A stretch of 64,000 nt of DNA from an uncultured Eubacteriales bacterium (GTDB lineage Bacteria > Bacillota > Clostridia > Oscillospirales > CAG-272), in the NCBI GenBank assembly GCA_910586545.1, contig CAJUIQ010000002.1, positions 39,090 through 103,089 of the forward strand, given 5' to 3'. Of this stretch, positions 26,857 through 37,311 are shown piece by piece (position 1 is the stretch's first letter; each line of letters begins with the position of its first letter). Position numbers and translations under genes: made by a program. The notes beneath the pieces were generated by a model. The model saw nothing but the letters and a program-made list of their open reading frames with translations, was not told where the DNA came from and did not search any database.

Positions 26857-27648
26857 TCACACCACTGTCTCTCCTTCATAAATGGTTTTAGCAGGGCCGG
26901 TCATCGTTACAGTATTGTCCGGAGCAATTTGGATATTCAGCGTACCGCCGTCCAGGCGTACATATATAGGGATGTCATAGCCGCAGTATCCCTTAGCCAC
27001 CGCTGCCATTGCACTGGCGCATGCCCCTGTTCCGCAAGCCATCGTTACGCCGCTGCCCCGTTCCCATACACGCATACGCAGTTCGTTTTCCGAAAGGACC
27101 TGGACAAACTCCACATTCACACCGTCCGGAAAAGCCTCATGATGTTCAAGCCTTGGACCAAGCTCCGTCAGAGGCGCTGTTTCTATGTCATCTACAAAAA
27201 TAACCGCATGGGGATTGCCCACAGAAACCGGCGTGCAGTGTACATAGACGCCATCCAGTTCCAGAGTTCTGTCCTGCTCCGGCACAGCAGCGCCCATGTG
27301 AACGGCGACTGTTTTTACTTTCCCGCCGACGAGCTGCAAATCAAGATATTTAATGCCGGACAATGTTTCAATTTTCAAGTGGGTTTTGTCAGTATATCCC
27401 TTGTCATACACATACTTGCCTACGCAACGGATGCCGTTTCCGCACATTTTCGCCTCACTGCCGTCCGCATTGAAAATACGCATTTTAAAATCAGCAATAT
27501 CGGAGGGAGAAATATAAATCATTCCGTCGGAGCCGGCCCCAAAATGCCGCTGAGACAGGTCTCTGGAAAGCTGCGCAATGTCTTCAGGAACCTCGCCATA
27601 AACATACAGATAATCGTTTCCAAGCCCGTGCATTTTTGTAAAGTGCAT
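26857..27648 (-). CDS. dapF: diaminopimelate epimerase
   Basis: Start MHFTKMHGLGNDY. Both catalytic Cys regions are present (MCGNG.., ACGTGA). Confidence 0.9.
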   Translation of the reverse strand: MHFTKMHGLGNDYLYVYGEVPEDIAQLSRDLSQRHFGAGSDGMIYISPSDIADFKMRIFNADGSEAKMCGNGIRCVGKYVYDKGYTDKTHLKIETLSGIKYLDLQLVGGKVKTVAVHMGAAVPEQDRTLELDGVYVHCTPVSVGNPHAVIFVDDIETAPLTELGPRLEHHEAFPDGVNVEFVQVLSENELRMRVWERGSGVTMACGTGACASAMAAVAKGYCGYDIPIYVRLDGGTLNIQIAPDNTVTMTGPAKTIYEGETVV

Positions 27649-27737
27649 AAAAATCTCCATTCCACCGCACTGCTGCGGCACAAATTGTTTAACTACATGC
27701 CTTGATCCATGTTATCTACACACTACATCCTCCCCGA
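27649..27737 (-). promoter_or_regulatory. dapF leader element, paralogous to the dapL leader
   Basis: Minus-strand RNA AACAUGGAUCAAGGCAUGUAGUUAAACAAUUUGUGCCGCAGCAGUGCGGUGGAAUGGAGAUUUUUAUG. Confidence 0.6.
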
Positions 27738-30700
27738 CTATTCATCGTCTATTTTAGATATTCCAATGGTTACTTCCTCCAGAACCTCAAGAAGCATCTT
27801 TACCGTATCCAGAGAAGTAAGCATCGTAATATTGTTCTGAGAGGCGCATCGGCGAATGGCTACGCCGTCTTCGTAATGCACTCCGGAAAGGATCGCACGG
27901 GTACAGATTACATAGCTGACATATCCTGCCCGAATAGATTCCAAAATCTCTTCACTGCCCTCAGAGAGCTTGCGGCGGATACGCGTACGAATGCCCTTCT
28001 CTTTTAAAAAGAGCGCTGTGCCTATTGTGGCTTCAATATTGAAGCCCATATCATAAAACCGGCGTACAAGAGGCAGCGCCTCTTCCTTGTCCTCATCGGC
28101 AAGGGTGACGACCACCGTGCCATAATTTTGCACCTTGATGCCGGAGGCGATCATCGCCTTATACATCGCCCGATGCAGCTTTTTATCATATCCAATGGCT
28201 TCTCCGGTTGACTTCATCTCAGGAGAGAGGTATGCGTCCATCCCGTATAGCTTAGAGAATGAAAACGCGGGAACCTTTACATAATAGCGACTTTTTTCCG
28301 TAGGATAAATTTCCGTGATGCCCTGTTCGGCAAGACTCTTTCCAAGTATAACGAGGGTGGCGATATCGGCCAGGCTGTAGCCGGTTGCCTTTGAAAGAAA
28401 CGGTACCGTTCGGGAAGAGCGGGGATTCACCTCAATAATATAAACATCCTCAAGGTCGTCTACGATAAACTGGATGTTGAACAGCCCCACGATGCCGATT
28501 CCAAGCCCTAACCTTTCGGTATAATCCAAAATGGTGTTTTTTACCTTTTCGGATATGCTGTAGGTGGGGTAGATGCTGATGGAGTCGCCGGAGTGTACGC
28601 CGGTTCTCTCCACAAGTTCCATAATACCGGGAACAAATACCTGCTTACCGTCGCAAATCGCGTCGACTTCCACCTCTTTGCCGCGGATATATTTATCTAC
28701 CAGCACGGGTTTGTCCTCATCGATTTCCACGGCGGTTTTCAAATAATTACGGAGCGCTTCTTCCTTAGCGACAATCTGCATTGCCCGGCCGCCCAGCACA
28801 AAGCTAGGACGAACAAGCACTGGATATCCAATTTCCTCGGCCGCCCGGATGCCCTCCTCTATACTGGTTACGGCGCGGCCCTTCGGTTGGGGAATTTTCA
28901 AAGCGGAAAGCAGCCGCTCAAAGGCGTCTCTATTTTCCGCACGCTCAATCGCATCGCAGTCCGTACCGATAATTTTAACGCCACGCTCTCGCAGAGGCTG
29001 CGCCAGGTTGATTGCCGTCTGACCGCCCAAAGTTGCGATAACTCCTTCTGGCTGCTCCAGCGCGATGACATTCATAACATCTTCCACGCACAGAGGTTCA
29101 AAATACAGCTTATCGGAGCAGGTATAATCGGTGGAAACCGTTTCCGGATTGTTGTTGATAATTATAGCCTCGTAGCCGGCTTCCTTAATGGTCTGCACGG
29201 CGTGGACAGTGGAATAATCAAACTCTACGCCTTGGCCAATCCGGATAGGACCGGAGCCCAGCACAATAATTTTTTTCTTTTCGGATACAATGGACTCGTT
29301 TTCGTCTTCATAGGTAGAGTAGAAGTATGGGATATAACTGTCAAATTCGGAGGCGCAGGTATCAATCATTTTATATACAGGGACGATGCTGTGCACACAC
29401 CGCAAATGAAAGATTTCCGTCTCCGTTTGATTCCAGAGCGCCCCGATCTCCCTATCGGAAAAGCCCATTTGCTTTGCCTCACGCAAGATATGGACATCTC
29501 TGGGATGCTCTTTGAGCACCTGTTCCTTGTCCACAATATTTTTCAGCTTACGGATAAAGAATGGATCTATAGCGGTTACCGCCGCAATATCCTGCGTTTT
29601 GCAGCCAAGCCGCAAAAGTTGGGCGATCGCATAAATACGGTCGTCCGTACCAATTTTAATATAATCCAGCAGCTGCGATTCCGACATATCATCAAACTTG
29701 CCGCTATGCAAATGATACAGCCCAATTTCAAGAGAGCGAATCGCCTTAAGTAAGCTCTCCTCCACTGTCCTGCCAATGCTCATAACCTCGCCGGTAGCCT
29801 TCATCTGCGTAGAAAGCGCGTTGTCCGCCTCTGCGAACTTGTCAAATGGGAAACGAGGCATTTTGCTTACTACATAGTCAAGGGTTGGTTCAAAAGACGC
29901 AGGTGTATTTGCAATCTGAATTTCATCCAGCGTCATTCCAACTCCGATTTTGGCAGACACACGGGCAATAGGGTAGCCGCTGGCCTTAGAAGCCAAGGCG
30001 GAGGAACGAGATACTCTGGGATTGACTTCGATGAGATAGTACTGAAAAGACTGGGGATCAAGGGCAAACTGTACGTTACATCCGCCTTCAATTTTTAATG
30101 CGCGGATCAATTTTAGCGCACTGTCTCTAAGCATTTGGTATTCCTTGTTGGTTAGCGTCTGCGACGGACAAACCACAATGGAATCGCCGGTATGAATCCC
30201 AACAGGATCCAGATTTTCCATGTTACAGATTGTGATGGCAGTGTCATTGCTGTCCCGCATCACTTCGTATTCAATTTCCTTATATCCCTTGATGCTCTTT
30301 TCAATCAACACCTGACCAACGGGAGAGAGAGAAAGCGCATTTTTCATCAGCGGCAGAAGCTCCTCCTCGTTATCGGCAAATCCACCGCCAGTACCGCCAA
30401 GAGTAAACGCGGGACGGAGGACGACAGGATATCCGATTCTTTTCGCAACCGCTGCCCCTTCCTCCATAGAGTTGGCAATATCGGAAGGAAGGACTGGCTC
30501 GCCAAGCGCTTCGCAAAGCGCCTTGAACAGCTCCCTGTCTTCCGCCTGGGCAATACTGCTGCTTTGTGTTCCCAGCAGCTCCACCCGGCATTCGGAAAGG
30601 ATGCCTTTCTTTTCCAAACTCATTGCAAGATTCAGTCCGGTTTGTCCTCCGATTCCGGGCAAAATCGCATCGGGACGCTCAAAGCGTATGATTTTAGCGA

Positions 30701-30920
30701 TATATTCCAGGGTTAGGGGCTCCATATAAACCTTGTCGCAGATAGACGTATCGGTCATAATCGTCGCGGGGTTGGAGTTGCAGAGAACCACCTCATACCC
30801 TTCTTCTTTTAGGGCGAGGCACGCCTGCGTTCCCGCATAGTCGAATTCCGCCGCCTGGCCGATTACGATAGGACCACTGCCGATGACAAGAATTTTTTTA
30901 ATATCCGTTCTTTTGGGCAT
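27738..30920 (-). CDS. carB: carbamoyl-phosphate synthase large subunit
   Basis: 1060 aa. Duplicated ATP-grasp halves and an MGS-like C-terminus, collinear with CarB. Confidence 0.95.
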   Translation of the reverse strand: MPKRTDIKKILVIGSGPIVIGQAAEFDYAGTQACLALKEEGYEVVLCNSNPATIMTDTSICDKVYMEPLTLEYIAKIIRFERPDAILPGIGGQTGLNLAMSLEKKGILSECRVELLGTQSSSIAQAEDRELFKALCEALGEPVLPSDIANSMEEGAAVAKRIGYPVVLRPAFTLGGTGGGFADNEEELLPLMKNALSLSPVGQVLIEKSIKGYKEIEYEVMRDSNDTAITICNMENLDPVGIHTGDSIVVCPSQTLTNKEYQMLRDSALKLIRALKIEGGCNVQFALDPQSFQYYLIEVNPRVSRSSALASKASGYPIARVSAKIGVGMTLDEIQIANTPASFEPTLDYVVSKMPRFPFDKFAEADNALSTQMKATGEVMSIGRTVEESLLKAIRSLEIGLYHLHSGKFDDMSESQLLDYIKIGTDDRIYAIAQLLRLGCKTQDIAAVTAIDPFFIRKLKNIVDKEQVLKEHPRDVHILREAKQMGFSDREIGALWNQTETEIFHLRCVHSIVPVYKMIDTCASEFDSYIPYFYSTYEDENESIVSEKKKIIVLGSGPIRIGQGVEFDYSTVHAVQTIKEAGYEAIIINNNPETVSTDYTCSDKLYFEPLCVEDVMNVIALEQPEGVIATLGGQTAINLAQPLRERGVKIIGTDCDAIERAENRDAFERLLSALKIPQPKGRAVTSIEEGIRAAEEIGYPVLVRPSFVLGGRAMQIVAKEEALRNYLKTAVEIDEDKPVLVDKYIRGKEVEVDAICDGKQVFVPGIMELVERTGVHSGDSISIYPTYSISEKVKNTILDYTERLGLGIGIVGLFNIQFIVDDLEDVYIIEVNPRSSRTVPFLSKATGYSLADIATLVILGKSLAEQGITEIYPTEKSRYYVKVPAFSFSKLYGMDAYLSPEMKSTGEAIGYDKKLHRAMYKAMIASGIKVQNYGTVVVTLADEDKEEALPLVRRFYDMGFNIEATIGTALFLKEKGIRTRIRRKLSEGSEEILESIRAGYVSYVICTRAILSGVHYEDGVAIRRCASQNNITMLTSLDTVKMLLEVLEEVTIGISKIDDE

Positions 30921-30982
30921 TGCTCTTTCTTTCCTCCATCCGTCGTCATTTTAATAAGATGACAGGCTGTAAAAATATACGC

Positions 30983-32065
30983 TTACCTACAGCTTTCCAT
31001 TTTTTCAATAAAGCGGTCAAACAGATACGCGCTGTCCTGGGGGCCGGGCGCGCTTTCGGGATGATACTGCACGCTGAACACCTTATCCCGGTCGCACTTT
31101 ACACCTTCCACAGTCTGATCCAACAGATTGATATGGGTGGCTGTCAAAGCCGTATTCGCAAGGCTGCCGGCGTCTACCGCATAGGAATGATTTTGCGATG
31201 TAATTTCAATTTTGCCGTTCTCCAGGTTTCGGACAGGATGATTTCCACCCCGGTGTCCGAATTTCAGCTTATAGGTTCTGGCTCCATACGCCAACGAAAT
31301 AATCTGGTGGCCCAGACAAATCCCGAATATCGGATATTTGCCAAGCAGCGTTTTTACCACGGCGATGGTTTCCGGTACATCGGTAGGATCTCCGGGGCCG
31401 TTGGAAATAAAGACTCCGTCGGGATGCAGATTTTCAATGGTGCCGGCAGGCGTGTTCCACGGAACAACCGTGACCTTGCAGCCGCGTTTATGCAAGGAGC
31501 GGACAATATTCATTTTCATACCGCAATCGATAGCCACAACGTGGTATTTCTCCGGCCGCACGCTGGAAATCCACATGGTGTCGCAGCTCACTCGTGAAAC
31601 CGCGTCCTTTGGAATCGCGTTTTCCCTAAGTATCGCAAGCCCCTTCTCTATCGGAGTGGAAGCATTTGTAATCAGAACCTTTCGACTGCCCACGTCACGG
31701 ATGGAACGAGTCAGCTTTCGCGTGTCAATGCCGGATACTCCGGGAATATGATAGGACCGCATTACCTCGGAAAGTGTGGCGGCGCTTCTGAAGTTAGAAG
31801 GCTCATCATTGTATTCCCGAACGATCAGCGCGCCAATAGTAGGCGTTTTTGTCTCATAGTCGTCCTCGGCCATTCCATAGTTTCCAATCAGCGGATAGGT
31901 CATCACAACCGCCTGATATGTATAAGACGGGTCGGAAATGATTTCCTGATAGCCCACCATAGAGGTGTTAAATACAATCTCGCATACCCTGTCCTCTTCA
32001 CTTCCAAAGGAATATCCAAAGTACTCCTGTCCGTCCTCTAAAATAATTTTTCTGTTAAAATCCAT
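30983..32065 (-). CDS. carA: carbamoyl-phosphate synthase small (glutaminase) subunit
   Basis: Start MDFNRKIILEDG (RBS GAGGTGA). GATase class I triad region (GICLGHQ, ..HPE). Confidence 0.92.
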   Translation of the reverse strand: MDFNRKIILEDGQEYFGYSFGSEEDRVCEIVFNTSMVGYQEIISDPSYTYQAVVMTYPLIGNYGMAEDDYETKTPTIGALIVREYNDEPSNFRSAATLSEVMRSYHIPGVSGIDTRKLTRSIRDVGSRKVLITNASTPIEKGLAILRENAIPKDAVSRVSCDTMWISSVRPEKYHVVAIDCGMKMNIVRSLHKRGCKVTVVPWNTPAGTIENLHPDGVFISNGPGDPTDVPETIAVVKTLLGKYPIFGICLGHQIISLAYGARTYKLKFGHRGGNHPVRNLENGKIEITSQNHSYAVDAGSLANTALTATHINLLDQTVEGVKCDRDKVFSVQYHPESAPGPQDSAYLFDRFIEKMESCR

Positions 32066-32075
32066 GCAGTTCACC

Positions 32076-33506
32076 TCATTTTTTAACATCCGACAGACGC
32101 TGTTCAAAACGGTTTTTTCGGGTATCCATCGGAATCTTTGTGGGGTAATTGCCGTCAAAGCAGGCGCTGCAGAAGCCGTGACTGCCGATAAGACAATGCA
32201 GGCTTTCTACCGGAAGATAGCCGAGAGAATCCGCGCCGATAATCTGAGAAATCTGCTCCGTGGTATATTTACAGGCAATCAAATGCTCTTCGGAATCAAT
32301 GTCGGTGCCATAATAGCAGGGATGCAGGAAAGGCGGCGCCGAAATACGCATGTGTATTTCCCTTGCGCCTGCCTGACGCAGAAGATTCACAATGCGCCCG
32401 CTTGTTGTGCCGCGGACAATAGAGTCGTCGATCAATACCACGCGCTTTCCCTTGACGGCGCTCTCAATTGCCGCAAGCTTAATTTTGACCTTATCCAGCC
32501 TGTCTCCGGGAGATATAAATGTTCTGCCGATGTACTTGTTTTTCAATAGGCCAATGCCGTAAGGAATCCCCGACGCCTCGCTGAAACCAAGGGCCGCGTC
32601 CAATCCGGAGTCGGGTACGCCAATCACAATATCCGCTTTGACCGGGTGCGCCTTTGCCAAAATCTTTCCAGCAAAAATCCGTGCGTCGTGAACGGAAACC
32701 CCGTCAATCACAGAATCAGGACGGGCAAAATAAATATACTCAAAGATGCAGAGCTTTTTATCTTTTTTGCCGCAATGCTCTCTTCTGGATTCTACCCCGT
32801 TTTTGCCAAATACCAGAATTTCACCCGGCTCCACATCTCGAATGACTTCGCCGCCAACGGCTCGAATAGCACATCCCTCAGAGGCGACTACATACATGCC
32901 GTCGGGCGTCTTTCCGTAGCAAAGGGGGCGGAAACCATACGGATCTCGTGCGCAAATCAGCTTTTGCGGCGACATCAGCACCAGAGAATAAGCGCCGTCC
33001 AGCGTATGCATAGCCCGACTTAAAGCTTCTTCAATGGAAGGCGCCTGCAGCCGTTCCTTTGTTATGATATACGCAATGGTCTCCGTATCACTGGTAGTAT
33101 GGAAAATGGCGCCGGACAGCTCCAACGCATTTCGAAGCTCTGCCGCATTGGAAAGATTTCCATTGTGAGCCAGCGCCATCCTTCCTTTTTGGTGATTGAC
33201 CTCAATTGGCTGGCAGTTATTGCGGTTTGTGCCCCCGGTAGTGCCGTAGCGCACATGGGCGACCGCCATTGTGCCGGCCGGCAAACGAGACAGGACATCC
33301 TTCGAAAAAACCTCGCTGACAAGTCCCATGTCTTTATGCGACGCAAACACACCGTCGTCATTGACAACAATGCCGCAGCTTTCCTGTCCCCTGTGCTGCA
33401 GCGCATATAATCCATAGTAGGAAATACCTGCGACATCGGCAGGCTCGGCAGCAATTACGCCAAATACGCCGCACTCTTCATGAATTTCCGACTGGGAGTA
33501 CATCAT
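32076..33506 (-). CDS. purF: amidophosphoribosyltransferase
   Basis: Short propeptide followed by the CGVFGV N-terminal nucleophile, plus a PRTase domain (VLIDDSIVRGTT) and C-terminal Cys ligands. Start ambiguous (33506, 33503 or 33530). Confidence 0.92.
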   Translation of the reverse strand: MMYSQSEIHEECGVFGVIAAEPADVAGISYYGLYALQHRGQESCGIVVNDDGVFASHKDMGLVSEVFSKDVLSRLPAGTMAVAHVRYGTTGGTNRNNCQPIEVNHQKGRMALAHNGNLSNAAELRNALELSGAIFHTTSDTETIAYIITKERLQAPSIEEALSRAMHTLDGAYSLVLMSPQKLICARDPYGFRPLCYGKTPDGMYVVASEGCAIRAVGGEVIRDVEPGEILVFGKNGVESRREHCGKKDKKLCIFEYIYFARPDSVIDGVSVHDARIFAGKILAKAHPVKADIVIGVPDSGLDAALGFSEASGIPYGIGLLKNKYIGRTFISPGDRLDKVKIKLAAIESAVKGKRVVLIDDSIVRGTTSGRIVNLLRQAGAREIHMRISAPPFLHPCYYGTDIDSEEHLIACKYTTEQISQIIGADSLGYLPVESLHCLIGSHGFCSACFDGNYPTKIPMDTRKNRFEQRLSDVKK

Positions 33507-33605
33507 CCTCTTACCTCTCTCTATGTACAATGGTAGCCTTTACTGCGGTAAATCGTCTTCGATTTGCGTGCGTGGAACAGACTATATATGTCTTCTGCAC
33601 TTATC

Positions 33606-35141
33606 TTACTCCCACTCCACCGTTGCCGGAGGTTTAGAAGTAATATCATACACCACTCTCGATATACCTGCCACTTCGTTTGTGATCCGGCTGCTTGCCC
33701 TCTCTAAAACCTCATAGGGAAGCCGCGTCCACTCAGCTGTCATAAAATCGTCTGTTGTGACCGCTCTGAGCGCCACTGTACAGCCATATGTTCTAAAATC
33801 GCCCATCACGCCAACACTGCGCAGATCGGTAAGCACGGCAAAATACTGATTGGTCTTGTCTGCTAGCCCGGCAGATGCAATCTCTTCCCGAAAAATTGCG
33901 TCCGCATCCCGCAGCAGTTCCAGCTTCTCCTTTGTAATCGCACCGATTACGCGGACCGCAAGTCCCGGTCCGGGAAAGGGTTGCCGCCATACCAGTTCAT
34001 GGGGAATGCCAAGCTGAATCCCGGCGCGGCGCACTTCATCCTTGAAAAGCTCCCGCAGCGGTTCAACAATTTCTTCAAAAGAAATGACGTCCGGCAGCCC
34101 CCCAACATTGTGATGGCTTTTAATCACCGCTGAATCGCCCTTGCCGCTTTCCACCACGTCAGGATAGATTGTGCCTTGGGCAAGAACGTGAATTTTTCCA
34201 AGCTTCGCCGCCTCATCTTCAAATACACGGATAAATTCTTCACCGATGATTTTACGTTTTGTCTCCGGGTCGCACACACCGGCAAGTTTGTCAAGAAATC
34301 TTTTTTCGGCGTTTACCCGGATGAGGTTCATACCGAATGTACCGCGAAAGGTCTGTTCTACAAAATCTCCCTCACCCTTGCGCAGAAGTCCGTGATCTAC
34401 AAATACGCAGGTCAGGTTCCGACCGATTGCCTTATGGAGCAAAACGGCGGCAACGGAGGAATCCACGCCGCCCGACAGTGCGAGCAGCACTTTTTTGCCG
34501 GCAAGCTCCCTACGATATTTTTCTATGGAGCGTTCCACAAAACTTTCCATTTTCCAATCCGCTTCGCATGCACAGATGTGGAAAAGAAAGTTTGCAAGAA
34601 TCCGCTGTCCGTAAACAGTATGCGTTACTTCCGGGTGGAACTGAACGCCGTACAGCTTTCTGTCTGTATCGCACATGGCCGCACAAGGGCATTTGTCAGT
34701 ATGAGCGATCACTTCAAACCCTTTTGGGGGCTGGCTGATAAAATCCGTATGGCTCATCCAGCAGATGCTTTCACCGGGAATATCCTGAAAGAGGATATTG
34801 TCTGCGGTAAAAACAGTCGTTTTTCCATATTCGCTGGAATTTTCGGCGCTGGAAACCTTACCGCCCGCCATGTACGCCAGCAGCTGGTCCCCGTAGCAGA
34901 TACCCAAAATCGGCACGCCAAGCTGCAGAATATCCGGATCATAATGGGGTGACGACGTATCATAGACACTGTTTGGCCCCCCGGTAAAAATGACGCCTTT
35001 ATATCCGGCGTCTTTTATTTCCTGCACCGTAATCCTGTTGTATGGCTTGATTTCAGCATAAACATTCTGTTCTCGAACCCTGCGGGCTATCAGTTGGTTA
35101 TACTGGCCGCCGAAATCCAAAATAAGTATTTTATCATCCAC
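33606..35141 (-). CDS. guaA: GMP synthase (glutamine-hydrolysing)
   Basis: 511 aa with a GTG start. GATase class I domain plus the PP-loop [11 protein letters not shown]-terminus ..PPATVEWE. Confidence 0.95.
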   Translation of the reverse strand: MDDKILILDFGGQYNQLIARRVREQNVYAEIKPYNRITVQEIKDAGYKGVIFTGGPNSVYDTSSPHYDPDILQLGVPILGICYGDQLLAYMAGGKVSSAENSSEYGKTTVFTADNILFQDIPGESICWMSHTDFISQPPKGFEVIAHTDKCPCAAMCDTDRKLYGVQFHPEVTHTVYGQRILANFLFHICACEADWKMESFVERSIEKYRRELAGKKVLLALSGGVDSSVAAVLLHKAIGRNLTCVFVDHGLLRKGEGDFVEQTFRGTFGMNLIRVNAEKRFLDKLAGVCDPETKRKIIGEEFIRVFEDEAAKLGKIHVLAQGTIYPDVVESGKGDSAVIKSHHNVGGLPDVISFEEIVEPLRELFKDEVRRAGIQLGIPHELVWRQPFPGPGLAVRVIGAITKEKLELLRDADAIFREEIASAGLADKTNQYFAVLTDLRSVGVMGDFRTYGCTVALRAVTTDDFMTAEWTRLPYEVLERASSRITNEVAGISRVVYDITSKPPATVEWE

Positions 35142-35302
35142 TGTGTTTACCGTCCTTTTATCGTTTGCTTTCGTGCTGGGGGCCGTTTTTATAGATGTAT
35201 CTTCCTGCTCCGGGCCAACAGAAATATAGGCGGGGGCAGTTTATCCGTTTTTCTATATCGGCGTTCTTTGCCTGCATCGTTCCCTCTCTAGCTGACTTCC
35301 GA

Positions 35303-35356
35303 CAAAAAAGGCAATGCTGCTTTAATGCGTATACATTAAAGACACCATTGCCTTTA
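35303..35356 (-). promoter_or_regulatory. guaA leader attenuator: hexaloop hairpin (35337-35356) overlapping an intrinsic terminator
   Basis: RNA UAAAGGC[AAUGGU]GUCUUUA. Alternative fold GGCAAUG..CUUUAAUG-UAUACG-CAUUAAAG..CAUUGCC followed by UUUUUU. Confidence 0.6.
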
Positions 35357-35412
35357 TCTGCTATTGTCTTTTTGCACACGGGAAAATAAAGGCTTTTTGA
35401 AAAGAATTCGCA

Positions 35413-35428
35413 AAGACGCCTTTGCCCT
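35413..35428 (-). promoter_or_regulatory. guaA leader distal hexaloop hairpin
   Basis: RNA AGGGC[AAAGGC]GUCUU, beginning about 10 nt after the -10 box. It can alternatively fold as GCAAAG-GCGU-CUUUGC. Confidence 0.55.
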
Positions 35429-35436
35429 GCTTTAAT

Positions 35437-35465
35437 ACTATACTCTTTTTTGCGTAATTTGTCAA
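35437..35465 (-). promoter_or_regulatory. sigma-A type promoter for guaA
   Basis: On the minus strand: TTGACA (35460-35465), 17 nt spacer, TATAGT (35437-35442). Confidence 0.6.
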
Positions 35466-35538
35466 CTATACGAGAGAAATGTTTTAAAAATATTCGAAAT
35501 TTACCGCCACCCCATACTTCTTTAATAGACGGCTTATT

Positions 35539-37293
35539 CTATTCCACATCTTGCAGAGCGTCGTACCCTTCCTCACCGGTACGCACTTTCACAACATTTT
35601 CTACATCATAAATAAATATTTTACCGTCCCCAATATGTCCTGTGTATAGAACATTTTTTGCTGTTTCAACGACATCGCGGACGGGAACCTTACTCACAAC
35701 GATATCAACTTGAATTTTCGGCAGCAAATTTGCTTCCAGCTGAACGCCGCGATAGTATTCCAGCTTCCCCTTTTGTACGCCACATCCAAGCACATGGGAT
35801 ACCGTCATACCGGTAATTCCAATCTCCATCATGGCAGTTTTAAGCGCTTCAAATCTGGATTCCTTACAGATAATTTCCACCTTGGTAAGCTTGAAAGCGC
35901 CGCTTTCCACTGCGGGAACTCTTTGTACGGGAACGGCTTCGGCAGCAGGAATCTCTCCGGATACGTAGACCGCTTCTTCATATCCATAATTGAGTCCTTC
36001 CACAGCCGGAACAAAATCCGCATACGCGCTGGGCAGACCATGCTCAGTGCTGTCCAACCCCTTGATTTCTTCCTCAGCCGATACACGAAGCCCTATTGTT
36101 TTTTTGATAATAACGAATGTAATGGTCATCATTACAGCAGTCCATGCAAGAATAGCCGTTATACCGATAGCCTGTATTCCAAGAAGTCGGAAGCTTCCCG
36201 TATAGAAAAGACCTCCAAGCTCTGCCGGCGCAGCAGGATTGGCCAAAAGTCCGACTGCAAGTGTGCCCCAAACGCCATTGGCAAGATGCACGCCTACCGC
36301 GCCTACCGGATCATCAATGTGAAGTTTTAAATCAAGCCCCTCCACAACAACAACGACAAGGATACCGGACACAAGACCAATGACGGCGGAACCAAGGGCG
36401 TCCACTGCGTCACAGCCAGCTGTTACGCCTACAAGCCCTGCCAGCGCGCCGTTCAGACACATGGATACGTCAGGCTTGCCGGTTTTGATCCAGGTAAAGA
36501 ACATCGTAGCGCAGGTGGCAACCGCCGGCGCAATGGTTGTAGTTACAAAAATCGATGCAAGAGATCCGCCGTCCCAGGCAGCCGCGCCGTTAAAGCCGTA
36601 CCAGCCAAACCAAAGGATAAAGCAGCCCAATGCGCCAAGGGTAATCGAATGACCAGGAATTGCATTTACCTTTTCCACCTTGCCGGCTTTATTCTTTATA
36701 TATTTTCCAAGCCGCGGGCCTACCATGATGGCGCCGATTAAAGCGGTAATACCACCGACAGAGTGAATCGCCGCTGATCCTGCAAAATCGTGGAATCCAA
36801 GCTGCGCAAGCCAGCCGTTGGAATTCCATACCCAGCCGGCTTCTATGGGATATACAAAAAGCGAGATGACGCCGGAATATATACAATAGGAAACAAACTT
36901 TGTTCTCTCCGCCATAGAACCGGATACAATTGTGGCAGCCGTAGCGCAAAAGACAAGATTAAACACAAACGCAGGAGCCATGCCGCCGTTCAGGAATGCG
37001 CCGAAATCTGTTAAAATATCCAGATTTGGCACACCGATGATTCCAAAGACGTAATCCTCCGCCATCATAAGGCTAAACCCAAGCAGCACAAATACAACCG
37101 TCCCAATACAAAAGTCCATTAAATTTTTCATTATGATGTTGCCTGCGTTCTTCGCTCTGGTAAATCCTGTTTCAACCATTGCAAATCCGGCCTGCATAAA
37201 GAATACCAGCGCGGCGCCGATTAAAAACCAGACGCCGAAAACCTCACTGGTGACAGAATCCTTTACCAATCTGGTGAGTTCTTCTATTGCCAA
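35539..37293 (-). CDS. amt: ammonium transporter fused to a C-terminal PII (GlnB/GlnK) domain
   Basis: 584 aa. About 410 aa of Amt core (FFMQAGFAMVETG..), a linker of about 60 aa, then about 112 aa of PII with a T-loop-like GCGVQKGKLEYYRG. Confidence 0.88.
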   Translation of the reverse strand: MAIEELTRLVKDSVTSEVFGVWFLIGAALVFFMQAGFAMVETGFTRAKNAGNIIMKNLMDFCIGTVVFVLLGFSLMMAEDYVFGIIGVPNLDILTDFGAFLNGGMAPAFVFNLVFCATAATIVSGSMAERTKFVSYCIYSGVISLFVYPIEAGWVWNSNGWLAQLGFHDFAGSAAIHSVGGITALIGAIMVGPRLGKYIKNKAGKVEKVNAIPGHSITLGALGCFILWFGWYGFNGAAAWDGGSLASIFVTTTIAPAVATCATMFFTWIKTGKPDVSMCLNGALAGLVGVTAGCDAVDALGSAVIGLVSGILVVVVVEGLDLKLHIDDPVGAVGVHLANGVWGTLAVGLLANPAAPAELGGLFYTGSFRLLGIQAIGITAILAWTAVMMTITFVIIKKTIGLRVSAEEEIKGLDSTEHGLPSAYADFVPAVEGLNYGYEEAVYVSGEIPAAEAVPVQRVPAVESGAFKLTKVEIICKESRFEALKTAMMEIGITGMTVSHVLGCGVQKGKLEYYRGVQLEANLLPKIQVDIVVSKVPVRDVVETAKNVLYTGHIGDGKIFIYDVENVVKVRTGEEGYDALQDVE

Positions 37294-37311
37294 AATAGCT
37301 CCCCTTCTTTC

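Noticed and set aside
28593-29753. 386 aa plus-strand ORF inside carB. Similar long antisense ORFs lie at 62070-63290, 58918-59709, 25877-26743 and 37762-38649.
   Set aside because: All are antisense to strongly supported genes (carB, CNNM, GH, dapL, glnN) and lack RBS and domain signatures.
35142-35302. A purine (guanine) riboswitch expected upstream of guaA
   Set aside because: I looked for the P1/J1-2/J2-3 conserved stretches (UAUAAU..GGAUAUGGC..CUACCGG..CCGUAAAU) on the minus strand and found none. The only structure is a short AUAUAG/CUAUAU stem with too small an insert.
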